Shown in pieces: positions 37,301 through 49,500 of a DNA stretch of 64,000 bases; the first letter of the stretch is position 1; each line of letters begins with the position of its first letter. Made by a program: the position numbers and the translations under genes. The notes beneath the pieces were generated by a model, which had not been told where the DNA came from, searched no databases, and saw only the letters and a list, made by a program, of their open reading frames with translations. This DNA comes from Amphiscolops sp. MND2022. Lineage: Eukaryota. Location of the stretch: NCBI GenBank assembly GCA_964187785.1, contig OZ076409.1, forward strand, positions 15,564,001 through 15,628,000, read 5' to 3'.

Positions 37301-38545
37301 ACTTTGCACACCCTACACCACCATTTATACGGGTTTTTGTCCTTATCGATAGGCCCGGTGGCAGAAAATTTCAAAACGGGGTGCTTTTTGAGCATTGTCC
37401 CGGTGAGTGATTATTTCGGTCTTCTCCGCTTTCCACCGAGAACGGGGTTGTCGACTCTAGGAGTGCTGAGACTCAAAATTGGGGGAACGAAAGTCCTTGC
37501 ATCATCTTGACTAGACGTCATCATGTGTGGCACTTCAGACTCATCAATTATAGTTAGTCTCAATGGTTGACTCACCTCAGCTTCCTCTCCCATTACGTAC
37601 TCTTGTGGAATTCGTTCAAGAACTCTAGTTAGGGCAAGAATCTCCCGTCTGGTAATGTTGAAGCTGGATGTTCCTGTATTCCCATCGTTCTCTTGTACTT
37701 CCATGGTGGATGTATTTAGAGGAATATCCTGTCCAATCATTGTCGAAATTCCCGCATTAGGGGTAATGGACGAAGTCCGTGGTAGAGGTGCTTCATTGGG
37801 TCCTGAAACGAACTGGCTAGCTTGGGGGGAAAAGGAATTCTTCAAGAATCTCCCGACTTATGTCAACTAACGAGCTGTCCATGACATGTGGAATGCTGGT
37901 GACTGAGCTTGGCCCCACCTCCTTAGTACACGGCTCTGCACTATCAGTTTCCTGGGTAATCCCTGAAGGAGAACGTTCAGAATGTGCCAGCTCTTGTTCG
38001 ACGACAACCTCAATCCCTTCGTCAATCTGAAGGGGTGCGATATTGGGCGACTCTAACTCGACGGGGGTTTTTGGAACTTTGGGAGAAGAAGATTGCAGTG
38101 GAGTATAAATTTTTACAGGAGACTTGATTGGGGAACATCCAACAAATTCTAGTTCGACTGAAACAATTGATTTATAAATGAAATAAAATGAACAAATTGA
38201 TCGAAAACAGTGTCCGTTTCGAGCTTCCTAAAACCGGACGCGGGGACAGGAAACGAATAAAGAAGCGGAAATTGTTTGAAATTAGGAACGGAAACGTTTC
38301 GAGAAATTCGGAATTTGATCTACATAAAATGTGGGTCATTTTCACCTAAAGGCCTGGCCAGCCTTGCAAAATTCAAACCTTTCAAACAAAACTTGAACCA
38401 ACTTTCAAAGTCAAAATTAGTTGAACCTACCGGGATCTGACCAGAAAGAGGGGTTATAGTCTCTGCCTCCGTATCGATAGTGGGTGGCTTGCCCTTTTCT
38501 CGTTCTCTGTTTTCCTGACTGATTTCTCCCCTGCTGTGGATCCAT
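34362..38545 (-). pseudogene. Antisense 6-exon gene inside the LTR element: BED/C2H2-like finger plus degenerate hAT-transposase-like body (~1070 codons, three lesions)
   Basis: Exons 38545-38431, 38157-36883, 36756-36271, 36201-36067, 35981-35867 and 35461-34362 have GT-AG sites and consistent phases. Finger WWCRVCKVELSLMSRGTLELLSHYRSEGH; HYSLALQHTT sits at the expected position of hAT FSLxxDESTD; C-terminal GLSAFDP...QYRSF...ELLRFYKLSCLCLP. Lesions: frameshift ~37830, TAA 37411-37413, TAG ~35896. Confidence 0.65.
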
Positions 38546-39938
38546 TTCCTCCAGACAAGATGGAAAGTAATGCGGATTGTAAAAAGACAGAATGGCAAAT
38601 GACAAAATTAAATGGAATCAAAGGAGCAAGGTAATGTAAAGAACAATGGAAGTTGAACGGTATAACCAACCTGTGGACGGAAACTTCAAACTCGAATACT
38701 ATACAAACTGAAAACTGATTTACTTTATAATGTAACAAAGAAGGCGTGGCGTAATTTAAACGAGGCAGAAAAGCAAATGAAACAAGTTTGTGCAAATGTG
38801 CAAAATGAATACTGAAATTTGATTGGCTAATTAAATGTCAATCACGTCTGCCAGCGTGATTGATAGACTCACTGTGGATCTAGATGCGAGAATACATGCA
38901 AATGTATTGACGTCAAACAAATTGGAATGATTTCATACTCGAGAGTACGCGGCAGTATGCGGATCGTCCAATGACGAGCATACGGCAGTATACAAAGCTG
39001 AAGCGAAGACTATGCGGCAGTATGCGGATCGTCCAATGACGAGTATGCGGCAGTATGCGGAATTGCCAGCTGAAGACTATGCGGCAGTGTGCGGATCGAG
39101 TGGCGACGCATACTCGGCATCCTGCGGTTTTCGCTGTACGTTTTCAGAGAGGTGGATTAATGCTACCAGCAACCAGAATTTGACAAATAGAGTAGTATTA
39201 CGTAAGATGATGAAGAATCTGCTTGCCCTCAATGACAAACACGTGATATTATTGGTGTTTTAATACACATGGCTAGTGTTCTTTCGAGCTTAATATGCTA
39301 ATAGATGTTGACGATACCTACTTAAACCTTCTGAATGGGCATACCATTAAAACTGAAGCTTATTTGTCGGATTATCAGTCCAATTGCATTTTTCAAAAAT
39401 GCAGGACTTGGGATTAATGTATAATTTTCCTCAGAAATAAACTTTTACTTAGAGGAAGCATTGGTTTAAAATAAGTCATGAACACAAAATTTCTCTGAAT
39501 TTCTCCTTTAAAACTAGTCATGCAGGGTAAAATAAAATTGATTTTGAATTGTCCTGATGAATATTTCATGAAAATATTTCTTAGTTAGTCATTTTGATGT
39601 TAGGATAGATTTGTTTATATATCGTTAGAATATTGGAAAAACGCTGTAAGCTTTGATGATGAGTGATGATCGGTTTGAGTGTCAAGAGAAACACCTTTTA
39701 TGGAAATTGTTTACAACACATTGTGGATGAAATCCCGAGAACCGAAACTATACAGAACCCTTATAAGGGTGACGAGGGAAATAAAAGATGACAAGCAATT
39801 TCTTCGCGGGTTTTCTCCCAAAGACTGAATAAGGAGGAAGTTCCACCACCATATGGTCTCCATCAACCTGCGATTCAGTTGCTTCAAATTTAAAACTTTG
39901 TCTTCGATTATATACAATCATCACGCACGATCTAGAAA

Positions 39939-40961
39939 ATGAACCCCCTGCAATTTAGCCTCGACGAAGATTTAGGCTACTCGCCTATCTCACCCGACGT
40001 GATTGATATTTCTAGTGAATCCGGGGAAGAATTCACTGTAGAACCGGGTAATACAGCACAACTTGACGAAAAGTTCAGAATTGACACAAGGGGATCAAAC
40101 ATTATGACTGCGTTCATGGACTCTGCAACTGCTTCATTGTTTCCTCCCTCCATTAGTGTCGGTTATCAAGAAACTATCGACACTGCCGGGTCCTACATCG
40201 AAAGGGAAATTATGGAACTACTGGAAGAAAATCCCCTTTCCTCCCCTGTGTCTATCCAGTCTTTTGTGGACTCAGAGTTTGAAGAGGTAGATATGCCCCC
40301 GGAATCGCCTGAAACTGAAGCTAATGTACGAGTCAATAGCTACGGTCGGCCTGTGGCAGCGATACTACCCACTCCAAGGGCTGCGGTTCAGCAGCAAGCA
40401 GGAACTATTAGACCTGTTCCGACTTACCCCCCTAATTTCGTGCAGGGATCATCCAACTTTCATCAGACCCAAGCAGACAACACAAATGCGCAGGAAGCTT
40501 CTAATCTCCCAAGTTACGAACCAGAGGAAGTACCATACCCAATCACAAGCGACATCACGCCAATGGTGATACACCTGCCTCCCAGGAATATGGGAATTGT
40601 TCCTATCAATTTTAATGGGCACATTCATCAAAACGTTCAATTCGGATTTCCATTCGATATACTGCACAGCACCAATGTTCTCTTGATGCCAGTAAATGAA
40701 AGGCAAAATTTCAGGCTGTTCCCAACAGTCATGCCCAATGTTGCTGGATTTTGCGACTGGTGTGGTCGCACCTTTGACCAAGTCGCGTTGGAGACATTAG
40801 GAGACTACCTTGGTGCAACCGCTTACAATGAAGAGACGGTGAGGGATCGCGGAGTCCGGTCCAGAGCCTTCATTGATGGATTCGAAGCCGCGTTGTTTAT
40901 CTTCAAAAATGCAGGACTGTCGCGACCACAGAGATGCGATGGGTCCGGAGTGCACCAATGA
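39939..40961 (+). CDS. Extra sense ORF (340 aa) of unknown function ending inside the 3' LTR
   Basis: Uninterrupted ATG ORF with an acidic/Pro-rich N-terminus and C-terminal FCDWCGRTF; no obvious signal peptide or TM helix; overlaps the LTR start at 40918. Confidence 0.6.
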   Translation: MNPLQFSLDEDLGYSPISPDVIDISSESGEEFTVEPGNTAQLDEKFRIDTRGSNIMTAFMDSATASLFPPSISVGYQETIDTAGSYIEREIMELLEENPLSSPVSIQSFVDSEFEEVDMPPESPETEANVRVNSYGRPVAAILPTPRAAVQQQAGTIRPVPTYPPNFVQGSSNFHQTQADNTNAQEASNLPSYEPEEVPYPITSDITPMVIHLPPRNMGIVPINFNGHIHQNVQFGFPFDILHSTNVLLMPVNERQNFRLFPTVMPNVAGFCDWCGRTFDQVALETLGDYLGATAYNEETVRDRGVRSRAFIDGFEAALFIFKNAGLSRPQRCDGSGVHQ

Positions 40962-42900
40962 GAAGACAAACAACAACTGCTATAAAACACTAAACTTTAA
41001 AGACTCATTTGTAAGTCATGTAACTTGTTTGTTTGTAGACCATTTGTCAATAGTCAGGGTTATTAACATTATTCATCTGATAAAACTTGCGTCTTATGTA
41101 TTTTGTTTGTTTCTGAGATGCCTTAATGATGAACTTAGTCATTGTGATAATGTGGTTATAGTGATATAGCTCATTTTGAAATGTACAGTGCAAATGATTT
41201 ACGTCATTATACGTTTCGAGTAATGACGAGTATACGTCAATATACGCTTTTGAGCATTTTTCATAACTTCAGGTATACGTCAGTATGCGGTTCGAGCAGT
41301 GTCGAATACTCGTCACTATGCGTTTTTAGTCGGCGCCTTTTCCCTTAAGGAAAAAAGCCCGACTCTTACAGTGAGTAGTTTTTTTTTTTGTTTTTTTCAG
41401 TTGACAATCTCACTCTGAGTGGTCCACTTTTCTTACAATTCTGCAATTCTGCGCAGAAGGCAAACTTTACTCCAAAGGGTCCCCCTTTCAGTTTTTACTT
41501 TTTCAAGGAAACATACACAACCGGACGTGCCCAAAGGGTCCCCCCTTTGGATTTTTTTCGGCACTGTGCGACTTTTTTTCGAAAATTTTTGAAATTTATC
41601 AAAGGGTACCCCCTTGCATTTTTTTTGAAATTTTCGGTTTGTAGAAAACGTTGAATGAGCCTGAATGGCCTTTTTTTGAGTTTTTCGGCATTTTGCGACT
41701 TCAAAAATACTTTTTTTTCGAAAAAAAATTTCAAAAATAATTTTTTTGAAAAATTTTTTTTTCCAAATTTTTACAATAGTTGTTCCTTGAATATTTTTGA
41801 GCCTAAGATATGGCGCCGACTTGGGACGTTCCCGTCTTGTTCTCAATTAGTCTACTATACGTCACTCTGCGTTTCAAGGAGTAACGTATATGCGGCATTA
41901 TGCGCAGGACTTGCTAAATAACTCTAGCACGTGTTATAATGTTATCTAGAAGCTATTCCAATCGCAATTGCAGGCCATTTTAAGAGATCCCCAGGGTTCA
42001 TTAGTTTCTTTTCCCAATCATACTTTTATGATGTCATGTAAATGTGCTATTTTTATAATATAACGTCATCTGACGTAATCCTATTTTTGTCTCGATTTCA
42101 TTCAATGACTCCCATAAAAAGGAGTGTCATGTTTTTGGATATTTTGTTTTCGAGGTTGCAATTACAGGAATTCATTAAGATTCCAACCTTCATCAAGTGC
42201 AGTTACTTTCTCAAATAACTGTAAAACTTTGATTTCGCCACTGTAAAACTTCAGCTTTGCTTCTATTGTGGGATATAAGACTAATTCAAATTCTTCCCCA
42301 AAAGCCAGAAAACATTTTCACTTGAGAATAACATGGGAAATAAAAGAAGCCGAAGGTCTAGAAGACTTGAGACACCGTCCCCAGACAGAGAAGTGGAGGT
42401 AACATAAATAGAAACCCCTAAAACAGGTAATGAAGCTTTAATTGATCTTAGTAATGTTGCCCAAGGAAATTTAGGTGAAAGTAGCTCTGAAAACCAGTTA
42501 ACCGAACCTAGTCAAATAAGCAATGAGATGCAAGGTTGGACCCAAATCATGGAACAAAAGAACAACGATAGGATTGAAAAGATGAGAGAAGAAATGGAAA
42601 ACAAACTTGAAGCGATTCTAAAGGAAATAAAGTCCAATAAGAGTGCATCCACAGTAACTAATCCTAGGTCTGATATAAACGAAATGCGAGAAAGCCAACC
42701 TTCGGGATCCAGATGGGATAGATCCATAGGAGTTCATGCATCTAATAACGAAAACTCTGATTCCGAGAACGACGACTATCCTCGTAGAGCATCTAAAATG
42801 AAGGACTTGAAACATCCTGCTAAACCCTTCTTTGAAACTGAAACAGACTTAGACCAAATAGAGCTTTCAAATGAAGAATCCGAACAAGAGGATTATCACA
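40918..42900 (+). repeat. 3' LTR (interrupted by a Helentron-like insertion; its gag copy has a stop at 42405-42407)
   Basis: Matches 26650-28125; the ORF at 42528-42953 is the LTR-borne gag N-terminus. Confidence 0.95.
41328..41840 (+). mobile_element. Non-autonomous Helentron/DINE-1-like element, family A
   Basis: Absent from the 5' LTR; inserted in a T-run with no clear TSD; subterminal inverted repeat agtcggcgcc/ggcgccgact, 5' fold-back ...cccgact, 3' hairpin gggacgttccc, ends tcttgtt. Confidence 0.8.
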
Positions 42901-43578
42901 AACAGTGTTTTTTAACAACAGCCTTGTTATTACCCCAGAATTATTTTAAATAAATGCCCATGTATCGGTCAAATTTTTCACGCCAAAAAATTATGAAAGT
43001 GAAGAAGGTACGCTCGGACCAAATGATTTTTTTTCGAAAAGTCGCACAGTGTCGAAAAAACCGAAATGTCGAAGAGTTTTTTCTTTCCAGTTGCTTTTTC
43101 TCCCAGTGTCAAAAAACTCAAGAAGTAACTCCTCTTAAAATAACTCCTCTTAGTTCGGAAAACGTTTTTTGTCTCCTCTTTTGCAAGCATAAAATGTTTT
43201 TGGTTCAGTGCGAGACTCGAACCCACGCTCTTCTGCTTCTCAGTCCTCAGAAAATCCGGTTTAACCTTTCGGCCAAAACTATTTAAAAAGCCACTACTAT
43301 AGTCGGCTTTTACTTCGTAAGCGTCAACTAAAAAATGTTTTGTTGTTTTTTTCGATCAATTTGAAATTCAGAGACTTGATCCCAGGTTTGAACCTTTTCA
43401 AACAATTTCGAAGTATTTTTTATTTCATGAAAACTTCATTTTTCGCGAGTAAAAAGTGTTTATTGTCGTCTAAAAAATTAGCTGATGGTGTTTTCTTACG
43501 TTCTCCCTGTTTTCACTATTATTCTCAGAGAAATTAAACATTTTTGAGCTCTTTTTATTCTGGAAGTGTCGTTTGCAG

Positions 43579-46500
43579 CGAGTGAAATCCAACTTGCACA
43601 TAACCCTGGCTCTGAGTCCGGCTGGATCCAGCTTCCGGCACAGGTGTCGTATGCATCCCAGCATAGTGAACTGCTGCACCATTGACTGGATAGACGAGTG
43701 GGGTGACGATGCCATGTATACCGTCGCCCAGATGTCTCTGGCTAAACTGGACTTCAGTCAGACCACGGGTGAGTCTATCAGACCTGTGGATGAACGCCAG
43801 TATGATAGACTGGCACCATTAATCAAGGAAACACGTGAATTTCAGTTCATGGAAAAATGATATTCGAACTCCTTCGGAAAAAGTGGAAAAAAGCTCCTAG
43901 AACAAAAAGCACTCTAAATAGTGCCAAAATGTTCAAAAAAGCGCAATTTCGTGCATTTTTAGTCGGCGCTTTATGCTTTTAAAGAAAAATGCCCGACTAT
44001 AGCAGTGACCTTTTTTTTCTTCAGACTACAATCCTCACACTGATCGGTCCACTTTTTAGAAACAATCCTGAAACCACCTAAGGCGCCAAGTCCGGCCAAG
44101 GGGCCAAGGCAAATTTAGTGCAAAGGGTGGCCCCCTTTCATTTTTTACGTTTTCAAGATAACCTAAAAAACCGGACGGGACTAAAGAGTCCCCCCTTTCG
44201 ATTTTTTTCGGCACTGTGCGACTTTTTTTCGATTTTTTTTGTCTCCAAAGGGTCCCTCCTTTCATTTTTTACTTTTTTAACGTAACCTACAAAACCGACC
44301 GAGACTAAAAGGCTCCCCTTTTGATTTTTTTCGGCACTGTGCGATATTTTGCAAAAGAAAAAATTTTTTCGAAAATTTCAAGTTTTTTTCCAAAAAAATG
44401 TTTTGCGCTTTTTGAGCCTTAGATATAGCACCGACTTTAGACGTTCTCATCTTGTTGAATGTTTTCGTGGGTTTCCTTTGCTCAGCTAACAGCAGTTTTC
44501 CTCGCAAGTGTTTGCAAACTACGCTTTCGCCTCTGTGTTTAATTACAGTAGTTTTCAGTTTCGGATAATTCTTGATTAAAATGTGCTATTTTTACGCCAG
44601 TTTTTATACGTTTTGGCTTCTGTACGAATAATCGCTATTAATTTAACCGGTTTGATTCATTACTGAGTATTGTAATGAAATAATAACCCAACCGTTTAAG
44701 ACGAAGTTGCGTAATGTTGAAATTCAATCTCGCAAATTGAATTCTGTTTTCATGCACTTCATCTGTCTAATTACCTTTAATAACCAAACTATCTTCAGCT
44801 ACAAATGTTTTCTTCCTACAACAGGTGGATACCTGAAAGACCCATCGACGTCTTCTCCCAAGCCTGGTTCGAAGCCCGGAACTCCGCAAAGTGCCGAGAA
44901 GGAGTTGAAAGACAGTCTTGCTAATAGCTGCGTGCAGATTTACAAGACTGTCCGAAACTATTCGCAACGCTTCTATTTGCAGCTGAGGAGACACTATTAC
45001 GTAACTCCCAGCACCTACCTCAAACTCATGCGTATCTACCAGAACTTGTACACTGAGAAGTTACAAGAGCTACTCGATAACCGGTGAGCACTTATTTTTG
45101 TACCACACTTTTTAAAGAACAAGACGACCGCTAAGCGCAGGGATATTTTCCGCCCTGTTCCCCTTCACCAACTGAGCCATAGCTATTTTGGGAGGGGGGG
45201 AATAGGATCTAAAGAATAAGATCTAAAATTTAGTGGTTTTAGATCTTATTTCTTTTAGATCTTATTCCCGCCCTGAAATTTTAGATCTTATTCCCTTAAG
45301 ATCTTATTCCCTTTTTGACTTTAGATATTATTCCCGCTGTATGCTATTTTAGTTACTTGACTATTTTAGTTACTAATTGCTATATAAAATAGTCAAGTAT
45401 TCAAAAGGTGGAGATTGTTGAGATTTGGCAAAATTTGTAAAAAAAAATGCGTCACAGATCATGATTTTCCTCCCCCATTTATAAAATGTGGGGTCGGAAA
45501 ATAACAGCAAGCCGGGAAAGGCCCAAGTCGGCGCCATGTCTAAAGTTTAAAAATCCAAAAAAGTCATTAAAAACCTGACCCTAAAGCATTACTTTGGACG
45601 CAAATTTTGTGAAATTTTGGGGAAAAATCGATGGTGTTACACGAGGAATGAAAACGTTATATCCGAACTTTGAAAACGTTATATCCGAGTACTCTTTTGT
45701 CCCGTTGAGTTTCCTAGATGATGTAAAATACGTTGCAAGCTTGTATGCAAGATGAAATTCAAGATGAATACGTTGCAATATGAAAATTGTAAGAAAAGTG
45801 GACCACGCAGAGTGAGATAGTAAGCTGAAAAAAACTACCCATTGTAATAGTCGAGCTTTTTCCTTAAGGGGAAAGGCGCCGACTAAAAAGAGACTTTTTG
45901 ACACTGCTCATTTTTTTTCGAAGCATTTTTTGTTTAGGCGAGAGAGTCTGTAAATTTAGACCATTGAAATTGCTTTGAAAGCCCGATCAGCTCCACTGAA
46001 GGTTGTTACTGAAGGATGATGAAAATGTTACTTCAACATCACTTCGGTTAAGGCTACTTTTCACGAGTCCACTGTTTTATCAGATCGATAAAGTCCCAAA
46101 ATTCTGAAATTCCAGTTTTTCCTTACTAGGAAAAACAGATTGATAAACAACAGCAAAATTGCACTGTCATTTGTATTGAAAGTCAAATGATTTTCCCATT
46201 TCTTTTTGAATACATAACTACGACTGAAATTGCATCAGGGAATATACATGTACCCGGTCCTTAACATGGAATCAGGTGGATGAATATAGGTGGATTGAGT
46301 CAAAATAATTTGCACGATGCTGATTGGTTGTTTCAGAGACCGTTTGAAGAATGGGCTGGAGAAACTGTCGGAGGCGAATTCTTCCGTGGCAGTTCTTCAG
46401 AAGCAGCTTGTCAGTCTGGGACCCGAGATAGAAGAGAAAACCATCGAAACAGAAAAGGTTTTGGTCTTGTTGAAGGTAAGTTTTTGTGCCACCCCTGTTT

Positions 46501-49500
46501 GTAACACCATGCTATAGTGAAAGCGTTGCGGTTCTTATCATTTTGTAGTTTTTTTGATAGCATATTAACAAAAGCAACCTAACACGCGGAAAGAGAGCAG
46601 ATAAGCAAATCTGATTGTCTCATTAAAGTGTCACGCTCTCATTTTATTTCTCGAGAGCTGTTTTCAACACATTTTTAGTGTGAATTTCAGTTTTTTGATA
46701 TTTTGACCCACTTTTTTCATTTCAAAATAATTTTCACAGAAAAATTCTCCCGAACATTTCGAAAGTGACAATATGATTTTAGAAAAATATAGGTTTAATG
46801 CCATTATGAGGTATTCTTCTTTACTCCAAAGGACGGTCCAGATATTTCATCCGGGCTATTAAAGTCAAATTCATTTTTTGGAGCATTTTTAGAACAGTCC
46901 TTCAAAAGTACGCCATCTAATAACTTCTCAGTTTCATGTTCATCCTTTGTTTCTGCAATCGTATCTTGCGTTTTAGTGTACTGATATTTCATCATTGATC
47001 TTAACGTTTAAGTTAGTTGAAAGTTGGCATTCGTTTCTTTTTCTGTGTTTCAGGAAGACCAGGCAGCCGTTGAAGAAGTTATTCAATTAGTGGCTGGCGA
47101 AGAAAAAATAATGCAACGGGAGACAGAAATTGTTCAGAAATATGCACAGGTTGGTAGTTGATGCTGTCTTGGTTTTGTCTGCAAATATAGCTTACGATAG
47201 CCGTTCGTAAACCGAACGAGCTTAAAGAACGAATTTAAAGCCGATCTCAAATCTGATCGGACGACGAAAGAAGCAAACTACCACCTTGACTTTAAGTTAC
47301 ACTGACCGGTTGCCAAGGTACATACTACAGTGGAAGCCGCTTCTATGGGACGCCTCGGGACCGAGTATTCTTGTCTACTATATCCGTTGTCTCTTATATT
47401 AGTAGTTCAATAAAACCACTTTAAGAGGTGAAACTTTAATTGGAATTGAAAAATGCCGTGAGCAAGGATTGATATGGAAGCTCTTTGAAATGGTCTAGTG
47501 CAGGAAGTACACTCGCCTCCCCAATCAAATTATCAAGAAGCGCATCGGTTGCTTCACCTTCGCCTTCAATACAGGCTTCTTAAAAAATGCCCGACTACCG
47601 GGTGCAGTTCGTGATGTTTGCTCGACTCACGCTGTTCCAGGCGTCTTTCATCAACCGCATTGCATCCAGGAGCGTTATTTGTTATTTTCCGCCCACATTT
47701 AATGGGCGAGGAAAATCATAATCTGTGTTGTTTTTTTCCAATTTCTGCCAAATATCCACTTTCTTGCTCCATTTAGTAAATTCTAGTCACCATGGCGCAG
47801 TTAGTAGTGCGTCTGCCCGGAAGACATGAGGTCGTGGGGTCGAACCCGTGCTGATGCGGTTCATTTTTCGCGGAAAATATCCCGTTGCTTAGCGGGCGTC
47901 TAATTCATTAGAATCTGTTGTGTCAATGAGATGGACATATTTTTCCAATAACTTTTGACTATAGCGCTTTTTGAAATCGTTAACGCCACGCTCCAATGGT
48001 TGGGTCACCGATGTTGTGTTAGACAGCAGAAACACAAATTCAATTTTTTTGAAAGTTTGAGTTTTATGCACACTGCAGTTATCCATAATCAGGCAAACTG
48101 TGGTGTTCTCTCCTCTCTTTGACGACTTGAATTTCTCTTATTTGTGGAATTCCATCCATGCGTTGTTTGATGCAAAGGATGAGCACGGTTGTTTCGATAA
48201 GTCTTTGAAGCATCTTGGATTCTCAAATTGTCCCACAAATGTTAGTGGATGTTTTTCAGAACCGTCCATGTTCGTGCACAATAACACTGTCGCTGTTTTT
48301 TTTACTCTTCAGTCCATCATGGCATGGTTCGTTTTTGAAACAGAAAATCTTCAATGCCAAAATTTCGAAGTTGAAACATTTCTAGTCACTTTAAGCCAAT
48401 GCACCATAATAAAAGTTCTTGGTCAAAGTCGTTGCATATGGACTTCCTCGTATGTTTCCGAGCGGACCATAGTTTCTTCTTCATTGTGGACGATTCTCGA
48501 TAAAGTTGACTTTGTTATTATGTTATTGTTGGCATATTGTGTAAGTGTAATTATTTCGGGTCGTTCGGAGAAATCACGATTCCTTTGTTGCCTTTCGGCA
48601 TATGTGTAACTTTTGCGTGGCATCACTCAACCTGTAATGATAGTATTATTGATCACGGTTCTAATTCATCACGTATAGATCCAATGCCTGATTGTAGCTC
48701 AGCACACACAGCGTTCGTTTGATGCATGCAAGTAAAGAATTTTTGATCCTATTGATGCTCTGTCGCATCCCATATATGCGGCGGCTATTTCCTTTATTCA
48801 ACGAGGACCAAAATATGCGTGGCAATTGAGCGTTGTCTTTCATATGCGTGTCCTCTTCAAGTGGCTTCCACTGTAGTTTCATCATTCAGCATTCGAAGCG
48901 ACCAATCACTGTTAGGAATTCCATTTTTTTCTCCTATTATTTAATTATGCATCATTACCGCTCGGCTATACAAGCTACCACCACTTGTTTTCCATAAATT
49001 CCACAATTTCCTAGTTGTGATTACTAATGCTTTTGCGACCAGTGAAGGTCAATTTTGATAATCAGAAGAGGTTGGGAATTTTCTCCGTCAGAATCGTCAG
49101 AGTTTACTTTTTGACCTAAAAAAATGAAATAAGATTGTTTAACAATCTCGATCGATTTCCAATTCGATCTGTTTTGAGAATTTTTAGGATGCTGTAATCT
49201 CTTCATGGTTTAGTTTTGCAGCTAACATCAAAGAATCATGGCTTTTTTTGGATTTGAAGTCTAGTAATCGCGAATTATTGTGAAGACAAGACGCCCACTA
49301 AGCACCGTGATTTTTTCCGCTAAAATTGTAACGCATCAGCACGGGTTCGAACCCACGCCCTCGTGTCTGTCAGGCAGACGCACTACCAACAGCTCCATGC
49401 TGACTAGAATTTAGTAACTAAATGGAGTAATAAAGTGGAGATTTGGCAGAATTTGGAAAAAACGCAACACAGGTTATGATTTTCCTCTCCCATTATATGT

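Larger units (their letters stand above)
26650..42900 (+). mobile_element. Full-length Ty3/Gypsy LTR retrotransposon (16.25 kb) with extra genes
   Basis: Matching TG...CA LTRs; 5-bp TSD aacag at 26645-26649 and 42901-42905; PBS-like TGG after the 5' LTR; domain order gag-PR-RT-RNaseH-IN. Confidence 0.97.

Noticed and set aside
42528..42953. Separate second gag gene or tandem element
   Set aside because: It is the LTR-encoded gag N-terminus in the 3' LTR; similarity stops at the LTR end and TSD.
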